A DNA stretch of 64,000 bases from Nemertoderma westbladi (Eukaryota; Animalia; Xenacoelomorpha), in contig JAUCBJ010002610.1 in NCBI GenBank assembly GCA_032718475.1, positions 1 through 64,000 on the forward strand, read 5' to 3'. Shown piece after piece: positions 11,801 through 23,800 of the stretch; position 1 is the stretch's first letter, and every line of letters starts with the position of its first letter. The notes beneath the pieces are model-generated. The model saw only the letters and a list, made by a program, of their open reading frames with translations, was not told where the DNA came from and did not search any database. The translations under genes were made by a program, and so were the position numbers.

Positions 11801-14800
11801 AGATAGTAAGTCGTGATAGTAAGTCGTGTACCTTAGATAATAAGTCGTGTACACTAGATAGTAAGTCGTGTACACTAGATAGTAAGTCGTGTGTACGAGA
11901 TAGTAAGTCGTGTACACTAGATAGTAAGTCTTGTACAATAGATAGTAAGTCGTGATAGTAAGTCGTGTACACTAGATAGTAAGTCGTGAACACTAGATAG
12001 TAAGTCGTGATAGTAAGTCGTGTACACTAGATAATAAGTCGTGTACCCTAGATAGTAAGTCGTGATAGTAAGTCGTGTACACTAGATAGTAAGTCGTGAA
12101 CACTAGATAGTAAGTCGTGATAGTAAGTCGTGTACACTAGATAGTAAGTCGTGATAGTAAGTCGTGTACACTAGATAGTAAGTCGTGATAGTAAGTCGTG
12201 TACACTAGATAATAAGTCGTGTACCCTAGATAGTAAGTCGTGATAGTAAGTCGTGTACACTAGATAGTAAGTCGTGATAGTAAGTCGTGTACACTAGATA
12301 ATAAGTCGTGTACACTAGATAGTAAGTCGTGATAGTAAGTCGTGTACACTAGATAATAAGTCGTGTACCCTAGATAGTAAGTCGTGATAGTAAGTCGTGT
12401 ACCTTAGATAATAAGTCGTGTACCCTAGATAGTAAGTCGTGATAGTAAGTCGTGTACATTAGATAATAAGTCGTGTACACTAGATAGTAAGTCGTGTGTA
12501 CGAGATAGTAAGTCGTGTACACTAGATAGTAAGTCGTGTACACTAGATAGTAAGTCGTGTGTACGAGATAGTAAGTCGTGTACACTAGATAGTAAGTCGT
12601 GATAGTAAGTCGTGTACACTAGATAATAAGTCGTGATAGTAAGTCGTGTACACTAGATAGTAAGTCGTGATAGTAAGTCGTGTACACTAGATAATAAGTC
12701 GTGTACACGAGATAGAAAGTCATGTTCCCTCGTGTACACAAGATAGTAAATCGTGAACACGAGGTAGTAAGTGACAAACACGGGATAGTAAGTCGTGTAC
12801 ATGAGATAGTAAGTCGCTTACACGAGATAGTAAGTCGCGTGCACGATGTAGTACAAAATATGGGATAAAATAACTCCAGCGGAAAATAATTTAACCGTTG
12901 ATGTATAGATTACAGCTAATGTCTGCCAATAAGTCAACGTTCATCGTCTCCCGTCCAATATATTCTACTTCCGATTGAATTAAAATTGAAAAACCAATTA
13001 ATCCCATCTATAATCAATCACCCATTTGGGCCGACGGAGCACGGTTTACTGCATGTCGTATAACCCCCAGCCAATACCACATTCAAAGTTAATCCAAATC
13101 AATAAAGTTCGAATAGCAGTGAAATATAATCGCGACGGCAGCTTTATGGTCCGTATAGTTTAAACTCCCAAGGTTATATACCGCCGACTTCAGTAATATT
13201 CAGTTTGTAGATTAATTTAAAATAAAATAAGTTTAGCCTGAATGTCATTGAGTAAAAATAAATTACAAATATGTGCGGTTAATATCGTTTTTAGTTAAAG
13301 TCTTAAATAAAAAATTATCATTCCGATATGCAAAAATTTCAAAATTAAAGTCCCAATTTTCAAATTGGAGAATAACAGTGTAAATTTTAAAATTACACAA
13401 AAAAAAGATGGAACTAACAGATTTGGTAAGTTGTGGATTTTCTTCGAATTCATCAGCGACGGTGCCTTGGGGTGCTACAGTTCTAAAGTCGAGTGTTTCT
13501 ATGGGGCCCTGTTTAGCGGGCGCTATGATCATGAAACCGCCTCTGTAACATAAAAATCGTAAGTAAATTAGGTTGATTTTTACTTAATAATCAATATTAA
13601 AATGTTAAAATAATAGGCCTGCAAGAACGGGTTGGCGGCTAGCCTTCACCCAGGGGTAATTAAAGCATTAAGGTATAATAATCTGCAAACCTCACAAAAC
13701 ATTACTGTTGGTGGGTCTCGAACTCACCACCTCCGGTTTACAAGCCCAGTGCGCTTTCCATTGCCTCTTAAATTAATTACTAAAAGATCACACATACCAC
13801 TCATTCACCCACCCTACCAATATTAGATATGATAATCACTAGATAAGTTACCTATAAATCGAGAACTTGTAGCATTGTTAAACCAGATATTGGCGCAAAT
13901 TGGCCACATATGAAATACAGTTTCATTTTGGTTAGAAAACACCGCCACTGTAATCTACGTATTCCCTTATTGCTTGAAATTGAATTAAATTAATTTAATT
14001 CCCAGTAATCATTGCGGTCATTTTGTGCCATTAACTCTGTGAAGCACGACAAAAGATCTGGGTTTAAATTTTGTGAAATTTACGATTATTTTCAGTCTAC
14101 ACTTTCGAGGTCAGAGTAATTATTTTCGCGCAATCATATTCAAGATGGTGACTCATTTCGGTTTCAAAAAGTGCCACAAATCGGGGCAGTAATCTTCTCT
14201 GCTATCAATTAGTACTGCCCAATATAGGTTTTATCAATTATGGCATAATTATATGGAAATCTTACATATTAACCAGTCCGCAATTATGAAGTTGGAAGTT
14301 ATGAACACAAATAACAGCCATCCAATTAACAGCTGAAAATCCTCCACAGAGCGCTGGAAACCACAACAAATAATGACGCAAGCCAAGGTGCATTACATGC
14401 TGGCATTAGTTCGTGATTGTTGCTTGTCCAAGGGAAAACGGAGGAAGGTTTAATACCCATTACCTCCAAAATCCACCCAGCAAGATCCCGAGGAAAATAC
14501 CTGGAATATGTCGCCTGTATGAGCCCAGAAAAACAGCGGGATGTGAGGCTGGTACGGCGGTATAATTAAACGTTAGGCACCTCCGCCTTGCAAACAAGCA
14601 CATCATCTAAAGGAACTCATCCTAATTAAACCGCGGTCAGGCGTAATATTATTATGTTAAGGAAACGGATAATTATGTTCTCAAGGGAATAAATGTTGCT
14701 TCATAATGGTAGGAAAACACATGGCAATATCAGAAGTGGCTTACCCACAACTAACATCTCATTACCTTACCCCCAGTGGCGATGCAAGGCGGTTTTAAAG

Positions 14801-17800
14801 TTTCGTCACTTGAACCCGCACTGAATACGTATTCCCGTAGGGCGTGGCACAAGTGCAAACGGACGAGCGGGCGGACAGAGGGGGGTGGGGGGGGGGGGGG
14901 GGGGGGGGTAGGGGGGGGGTTTGGGCTATTTGTCCATCAAAACATGGCAAAAATATGAAGCCGTCATCAGGAATGCTGATCTGGAATTCAATTCAACTAA
15001 GATTTACTGGTGTTGCATAGCTTGTACAACACAACCAATCATGGCTAATGCCGTTGGGTAAACTCCATCATTTCGCCAGAAAATCACTCACAACATAATT
15101 GAGCGAGAAAATATGGAGTTTGGAGCGAAGCAATGAGAGTCGGGGAAGTGAAAGCGGATCCTAGGGCGAAGGATTCCCGAATTAACAGGAAATTATTTGG
15201 ATTGGGCCAGGCGAAGCAAATAATATTCCAAAGAAAATTCAGGGAAAAGAGACAAAAAAAGGTGGAATTCGATTTAAATTAGTAAATTGAATAATTTATT
15301 ACGTGACTGTTTGTAAGTTCAAGTCTTATTGTTCAAAACTATCTAACACTGGCATTGCGATAATAATACCAACATGGCGATGTCAGACTGGCGTTAAGTT
15401 ACTGCGTTATTTGCGTCGTTTGGGCTAGGAGATGGATAAATTTTGATAGCGCCAAAAGCTCCAATTATCTGATTCATTGATAAATTGTTGATATATGAGC
15501 GTTAAACAACTGCCGATACCCACGCGGAAAAAACACGACGTAGAAGAAACTTTATAGGTTGATTAGTGTGACGGAGGGTTATGGTAAACATAACCTCATG
15601 CGACTCGTAACATCGTAATAAACTCCACGAAATAGCCCAATTTGACTCTCAAGCCATAGTTGCCCTTGTATGTATGGGAACTAATGAGGTACCCAGAATA
15701 ACACGTTTTGTTTGTTTACATGCGATATATGAATGCATCATTAGTTTACTAATTTGTATTAATCATTTGTTATTCGTCTAAGATGTTGGTTGCGTCAATT
15801 AATTGGTAAAAAAAATGTATAATGACGTAATATATCATTTTATGACAAAAGATACATTATTTGGTGGCCATAGCCTGTAGGTATAATCAATAGTGACCTT
15901 GGATAATGTATGGATATTGAATGATATAGGATGTATTATTCGGTAAGAGTCATTCATTAGCAGACGTGCATGATCTTGGTGGCAGAAGTAATAGTTAGTT
16001 ATAAAATTCGCTAATGTGCAATTACTTAATGTTGTGTATGATTTAGGTTGCATTATTTGGTAACGCATCATTCCGTAACCGTGTGTATGATTTAGGTTGT
16101 ATCACTTGGTAACGCATAATTCCGTAACCGTGTGTATGATTTAGGTTGCATCATTTGGTAACGCATCATTCCGTAACCGTGTGTATGATTTGGGTTGCAT
16201 TATTTGGTAACGCATCATTCCGTAACCGTGTGTATGATTTAGGTTGCATCACTTGGTAACGCATCATTCCGTAACCGAGTGTATGATTTAGGTTGTATCA
16301 TTTGGTAACGCATCATTCCGTAACCATGTGTATGATTTGGGTTGCATCATTTGGTAACGCATCATTCCGTAACCGTGTGTATGATTTAGGTTGTATCATT
16401 TGGTAACGCATCATTCCGTAACCGTGTGTATGATTTGGGTTGCATCATTTGGTAACGCATCATTCCGTAACCGTGTGTATGATTTAGGTTGCATCACTTG
16501 GTAACGCATCATTCCGTAACCGTGTGTATGATTTAGGTTGTATCATTTGGTAACGCATCATTCCGTAACCGTGTGTATGATTTAGGTTGCATCACTTGGT
16601 AACGCATCATTCCGTAACCGTGTGTATGATTTAGGTTGCATTATTTGGTAACGCATAATTCCGTAACCGTGTGTATGATTTAGGTTGTATCATTTGGTAA
16701 CGCATCATTCCGTAACCGTGTGTATGATTTGGGTTGCATCATTTGGTAACGCATCATTCCGTAACCGTGTGTATGATTTCGTTTGCATCATTTGGTAACG
16801 CATAATTCCGTAACCGTGTGTATGATTTAGGTTGCATCATTTGGTAACGCATCATTCCGTGACCGTGTGTATGATTTAGGTTGCATTATTTGGTAACGCA
16901 TCATTCCGTAACCGTGTGTATGATTTAGTTTGCATCATTTGGTAACGCATCATTCCGTAACCGTGTGTATGATTTAGGTTGCATTATTTGGTAACGCATC
17001 ATTCCGTAACCGTGTGTATGATTTGGGTTGCATTATTTGGTAACGCATCATTCCGTAACCGTGTGTATGATTTAGGTTGCATCATTTGGTAACGCCTCAT
17101 TCCGCAACCGTGTGTATGATTTAGGTTGCATCATTTGGTAACGCATCATTCCGTAACCGCGTGTATGATTTAGGTTGCATCATTTGGTAACGCATCATTC
17201 CGTAACCGTGTGTATGATTTAGGTTGCATCATTTGGTAACGCATCATTCCGTAACCGTGTGTATGATTTAGGTTGCATCATTTGGTAACGCATCATTCCG
17301 TAACCGTGTGTATGATTTAGGTTGCATTATTTGGTAACGCATCATTCCGTAACCGTGTGTATGATTTAGGTTGCATTATTTGGTAACGCATCATTCCGTG
17401 ACCGTGTGTATGATTTGGGTTGCATCATTTGGTAACGCATCATTCCGTAACCGTGTGTATGATTTGGGTTGCATCATTTGGTAACGCATCATTCCGTAAC
17501 CGCGTGTATGATTTAGGTTGCATCATTTGGTAACGCATCATTCCGTAACCGTGTGTATGATTTAGGTTGCATCATTTGGTAACGCATCATTCCGTAACCG
17601 TGTGTATGATTTAGGTTGCATCATTTGGTAACGCATCATTCCGTAACCGTGTGTATGATTTAGTTTGCATCATTTGGTAACGCATCATTCCGTAACCGTG
17701 TGTATGATTTGGGTTGCATCATTTGGTAACGCATCATTCCGTAACCGTGTGTATGATTTAGGTTGCATCATTTGGTAACGCATCATTCCGTAACCGTGTG

Positions 17801-20800
17801 TATGATTTGGGTTGCATCATTTGGTAACGCATCATTCCGTAACCGTGTGTATGATTTAGGTTGTATCATTTGGTAACGCATCATTCCGTAACCGTGTGTA
17901 TGATTTAGGTTGCATTATTTGGTAACGCATCATTCCGTAACCGTGTGTATGATTTAGGTTGCATCATTTGGTAACGCATCATTCCGTAACCGTGTGTATG
18001 ATTTGGGTTGCATCATTTGGTAACGCATCATTCCGTAACCGTGTGTATGATTTGGGTTGCATCATTTGGTAACGCATCATTCCGTAACCGTGTGTATGAT
18101 TTGGGTTGCATCATTTGGTAACGCATCATTCCGTAACCGTGTGTATGATTTAGGTTGCATCATTTGGTAACGCATCATTCCGTGACCGTGTGTATGATTT
18201 GGGTTGCATCATTTGGTAACGCATCATTCCGTGACCGTGTGTATGATTTGGGTTGCATCATTTGGTAACGCATCATTCCGTAACCGTGTGTATGATTTAG
18301 GTTGCATTATTTGGTAACGCATCATTCCGTAACCGTGTGTATGATTTAGTTTGCATCATTTGGTAACGCATCATCCCGTGACCGTGTGTATGATTTAGGT
18401 TGCATTATTTGGTAACGCATCATTCCGTGACCGTGTGTATGATTTGGGTTGCATCATTTGGTAACGCATCATTCCGTGACCGTGTGTATGATTTAGGTTG
18501 CATTATTTGGTAACGCATCATTCCGTAACCGTGTGTATGATTTAGTTTGCATCATTTGGTAACGCATCATTCCGTAACCGTGTGTATGATTTAGTTTGCA
18601 TCATTTGGTAATGCATCATATGGAAATGGATCATTATTGCTAACCGCAATAGTTGTACACACAAGAGCAGGGCAATTTAAACCTAAATGGAGCCCAATCC
18701 AAACCACGACTGAATAGCCATTAAAGAGCAGTAAACCCACATGAAAGTGAGCCGCCCGGCTGTGCATATCATACACTCAATGGCACACACACAATCTAAA
18801 ACACACACACCTCTCTATTAAAGCCAATAAATACACGGAAGACCTATGGATCCATTGATTATGACTGGATGCAATTCCAGATGCTGCAGAAACCACTATA
18901 ACTCGTAACCATAGAAACACAATGGACAATGCTACCATCTGGCAAAATTCCGATCAATTGTTTTGGGTTTTGTTATTGCAGCCGGGATCAGGAATTCATT
19001 CACCCCACAGAGAGGCCGCGCAATGAAGGAGCGAGTGAGAGCGTAAGTAGGCAACTGACTATTAAACCTCGAGATGCCAACCAATACCGTGTTAGCGAAT
19101 CGAGAAAGTTGGACTGGCAGATGCAGGAATAAGGGTGATTGATGCTGGCTAGCGGCACACAATGCTAACCACGAACTAGGGTAGGATTCCCAAGCCTGAT
19201 TCGCTTTACATAAACTAATGGAAGTTTGGGAAGCAGGCATCAATTCAACCATTAGTTCTCCATCATACCTTGACTGAGGAGAATTGTTTTTGTAAACCAT
19301 TAGTACTGGGTGTTTATTAATTATCATAGTGGATTAATGTATTCGCGTACGACGCCGCAAAAACTCTTGAAGAGGAACAGACGTCGCCTTATTCATATTC
19401 AATTACCACATGCCATTTACTACACTGTAAAGCCGATTAAAAGATAATTAAATAAGGATTATTAGTGCACACCAAACAGCATCTTTATGTTGAAATAATA
19501 ATCATATTTATGCGATGCATTTATTACAAGTAAAACCATATATCGCGCATGTTTGATAATTTTACAGCTATACATTAGGTTTATAATAACGCTTCGCTAT
19601 CTTTATCTCTATTATATATGTGTTTTACTTAACTGTATAATTCTAAAAACAAATTGAAAGTACAATTATTCATAATATTTAATGATAACGTAATTCAAAG
19701 TAAACATTTAATATTTGTTCATAAAATATGTGGACTGTGATAGACCACCATCAATTTATTTACAGCGTATTAGATAGTATACTGAATGTTATTGTAAATA
19801 CAATAATAATGTACAACTTATTAATAATTTATCTTAGTTAATAAACACTGTTTTGCTATTACGACAATAAAATTACATGATATGAAAATGCGAAGATATA
19901 TTATGTAATAGTTTTGTTCAGAACGGGAATAGTAGACAATCAATAACTAACTATGAGTCAACATTCTAGTCGTTTATCATACTACCCAACAGATGTTAAC
20001 TCGCCGCAACACAAACTCGCAAACATTAGCTACACCGCATCACCATCGGCGTCGGCAATGCGAACGGACGAACGCCCACACCTACCGGCGCCCGTGGGAC
20101 AACGCCCACAACTCTACGCAAACACCCCGCCCCCCGTGCCCCCTACGTGGCGGGGTACCGAAGACGACCGCCATCTCCTCTCAGCGCCCGTGGGCCAACG
20201 CCCACAACGCTACGCCATCACGCCGCCCCCTATGCCGGCGTGGCGAGGAAGCGACGACTACCGCACGATGCGTTCCGAAACGGTCCGCAACCGGAGCCCC
20301 TGCTCCGAGCCGGAATACAGCTGCCATCGCTGTCTGGGCCGCACTAACTTCCACAGTTACCACGCACTCAAGCACCACCTAGAGTACGAGCACAGCCCCG
20401 AGAGCGGGGGGGCCCGGTCGTTAGGGGGGATCCGTTCACTTGGGGGGACGCGCTCGGTTGGGGGCTCCCCGTCAGTAGAGGGGGCTCCCCCTCGGACACC
20501 CTGGTGGCGCGAGAACATAAACCTGCGGTACAAGACCGGAGATTCTAATCACGTTATTAGTCTGTTAGACGAAGAGGCCAAACAGCTGGAGAGGCGGTTG
20601 ACAAGAGCCAAGCAAACCGGTCTAAATAGCCGACTTCTGGAACCCAATTACAAACTGTCCAGTCCGCTGTGGCTAAATCGCACCACCCCCTTAGATAATA
20701 AATCGCAATCAGCATCGCCCACCGTCGCTAAGGACAGAAGACCCCCCAGTAAAGTGCAGACCTGGTTGGCAACCTCGGTACACAGTGGGAATAGCACCCC

Positions 20801-23800
20801 ATTGTCAAGGCAACGGGATAAACATTTGGCGTCGAGTGACGAGTTCTACGCGCTCACCTCCCAGTACCTGGACACCATCAAGCGGCTGCGAACGGAACTG
20901 AGTTCGCGAGAGCAGCAGCTGACGGCGACCAGGATGCGACTGGAGCAGGTGGCCCAGGAACGGGAGTCAGACACCTCGACGCGACGGGAGATGGCAACCA
21001 ATCACGACCTCGTAGCCACGCTGAGCCAACAGCTTACCCTGAAGGAACGGCAACTCATGGAAAAGGAGAAGCAATCGGCTCAACTCCAAGACAATCTCCT
21101 CGATCTCGCCAAGAAGGAGACCTGGGCTAAAGACCAACTCAAGGATTACATTGACCGCCTGATAGACCGAACGAAGCGAGCGGAGGACGAGGCCCAGTAC
21201 TTCCGGGAGCAATGGCAGGAGTTGCATGGCTCCTCCCCGCCAACCAGTCTAGACTACCAGTCGGACCCCGCCCCAGTCAGCCACCCATCCGGGGCGCCAT
21301 CCAGCGCCCATCCCCCGCACTACTACGCGGCCGGCGACGAGACCACACCAACGCCATCATCGAAACCCGCCAGTCTGAGTAGCTACACCCCGGACGTGGG
21401 GGAGTTCCCCTTCTCCAACCGAGTCGACAACCCCGAACTCCAAAGGGTTCGCAAGAAGGCCCTCTTCCTGGTCATGGGCTACCTCGATATCAGACACCTC
21501 CTGCATAGCGGCGCAGTCTGCCGCGAATGGCTCACACTTTCCCGCCATCCCGCCTTATGGCGTTACGTCACGTTATCACGTTCTAGAATATGCTCGCGGT
21601 TTATTAAGGGACTATCTCGATGGTGCACGCAGATCCGTTCGCTGTGTCTCCACGGGCTGCGGGGTCGGAAACAACGCGCCGGTGAGCCGCATTCCGAGTA
21701 CCTGCGGGAGCTGCAAGGGTGTCTGGAACCGGGGATAGAATCCCTCCTCCGGGCCTGTCACCAGAGTCTCACCGCAGTCGTTATAGTGGACTGCGGGAAC
21801 ATAGTTACGGACCGAGTCGTATGGTTGCTAGGCTGCCATACTCGCAACCTGGAGAAGTTAACCTACATGAGTAGCTACGAACCCCCTGGGGCTGAGGTCA
21901 TCTGGGCCCTGGGGGCCGGCTGTCCCAAGATTTGGTATATGAGAGTGAACGCCCTGTTCCCCTGCCACCAGCCATACAAATTCGATGATGAATGCCTCCG
22001 CATGGTGGCGCAATGCTGGCCACTTCTCAAGGTGCTCAGTATTGGCGGACCCGCAGTAACACTCAACGGTCTGCTGGGCGTGGTTAGCGCTTGTCAGAAA
22101 CTTCAGTTCCTGGAGCTAGACCACATCTTCGAGATGACTGAAAGTTCAGCCGAGAAGCTTTGCAATCAAGGACTATACGCGCTGGAAACCTTTGAGATAA
22201 CTTTTACAAAGATAACCCCCCAGTGCATAATGTATGTTAACAGCGCATGTCCTCATCTATCCTCCCTGTCCATTCACGTCGGCATCTCCGATTATTTCGA
22301 CAACGTCGACGACCCTAAAAACGTTGAAACTTACAATCGTCTCATCAACGATCTCCATGAACTAAATCAACAATCAGTGATGAAAAACGTACTGAGAATT
22401 AAATCTGATTATGGCTAAATGCATACCATTCGACTGCAACAGATCCACGAGATACCAAAAACAGTGTAGTATTTAGGGATATTAATTTATTATTTGTATA
22501 CACAACTTCTTGCCAGTTCGTATAAACCTGTGTTGTTTTTTCTTTCACTTTTCTACTAAACCCTAAACTAATAAAACCCTGTTAACTTAGACATAAATAA
22601 TATACCGTGTACTCTTATGTCGTAATAAATTTTAATAAAATAATTGTACGTATTACGAGTGGATCATGTCAACCAGAAACATGAAATAATGACGCTTGGT
22701 GGGGGAGAAAGGGAAGGGAAGGGAAGGAAAATAAATAAAAACGCAATGAAACAGCTACCGCAGGGCATCGCTCTATGTCACATTACATTAACAAAACATG
22801 AGCATCAGAAAGTCACTTAAATAAATTGAACATTTGAAAGGGGGATATAGTTATTGTCCTGGTTGAATGCAGATATTCCAGCTCACCAAAGTTTTCCAAA
22901 TAAACTGATGAATGAATACTGCAAACAACAGGGGGCATCATCGAATCATGTAAAGGAAGCATAAAGTAATTATGTAGAGCTTTAACAAACACAGTAAATG
23001 ATTAATGTATGTCTGTCTGAGGGTACGTCCTTTGGTTGGACGTATACCTACTTAGTTGGACTAAAAAATACTTCCAGTTTGTGGCAGAAAATCTGATACT
23101 TAAGGATAATGTGTACTGGCGTACATGTGAAGAATACCAGAATTTCACTTTTCGGTCGACTTTTTATTGGATTTTTTTTTATATGAAGATTTTTTATTTT
23201 TTTTTAAATTTATCTTTATTAAGTGTTTTATAGCGCTTATTTCTGTCTTATAACCTGTACATATACTAATTCGTTTATTGTTTTGGTTAGATTCAGCCCT
23301 TCTGTAACCTGTGCTTTTGGTGAAAACCTGGTATTCTTCACATGGGGGAGAAAAAAAGCTACTGGCTACTGACTACTGATCTAGAGCAAAAACAACTCTA
23401 ACGATTTTGATGAAATTTTGCATGAACCATGAAAATATATTTTTATGGGTACTTGTGAAATCGCGGTTTAAATTGAAACATCTCAACTTGTTTTATTTCG
23501 AAAAAAAGCCCCATTGCACGAAAATACACATCAATCACATTATTTTTTAATAACAAACTGACCGATAAGCCTGTTTACTATAATGGGTTATCTTCATGAT
23601 ACTTAATTTTTATGGATATATTATTTTAAATTATTAATATATAAAACTCAGAACAGATGCATTATATATTTTTCTATAAACGTGCGAAAATTTGGAAAGT
23701 TTTGATAAAATTATCATTACGTTTTCGTGTATCATAAACTGTTGGGCACATTATGCCCAACCCCAGGTGGAATCTCGGACAAAAGAGCCCAGGTGGAATA

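Noticed and set aside
9900-12619. YTTYYLV / HDLLSSV repeat ORFs (also SRANDLL at 1512-2087)
   Set aside because: Translations of the 21/13-bp repeats.
2870-12845. Donor-like words in the other arrays (CAGGTGAG in the 44-mer, GTAAGT in the 21-mer)
   Set aside because: They lie on the strand antisense to GGT and do not continue into any identifiable exon.
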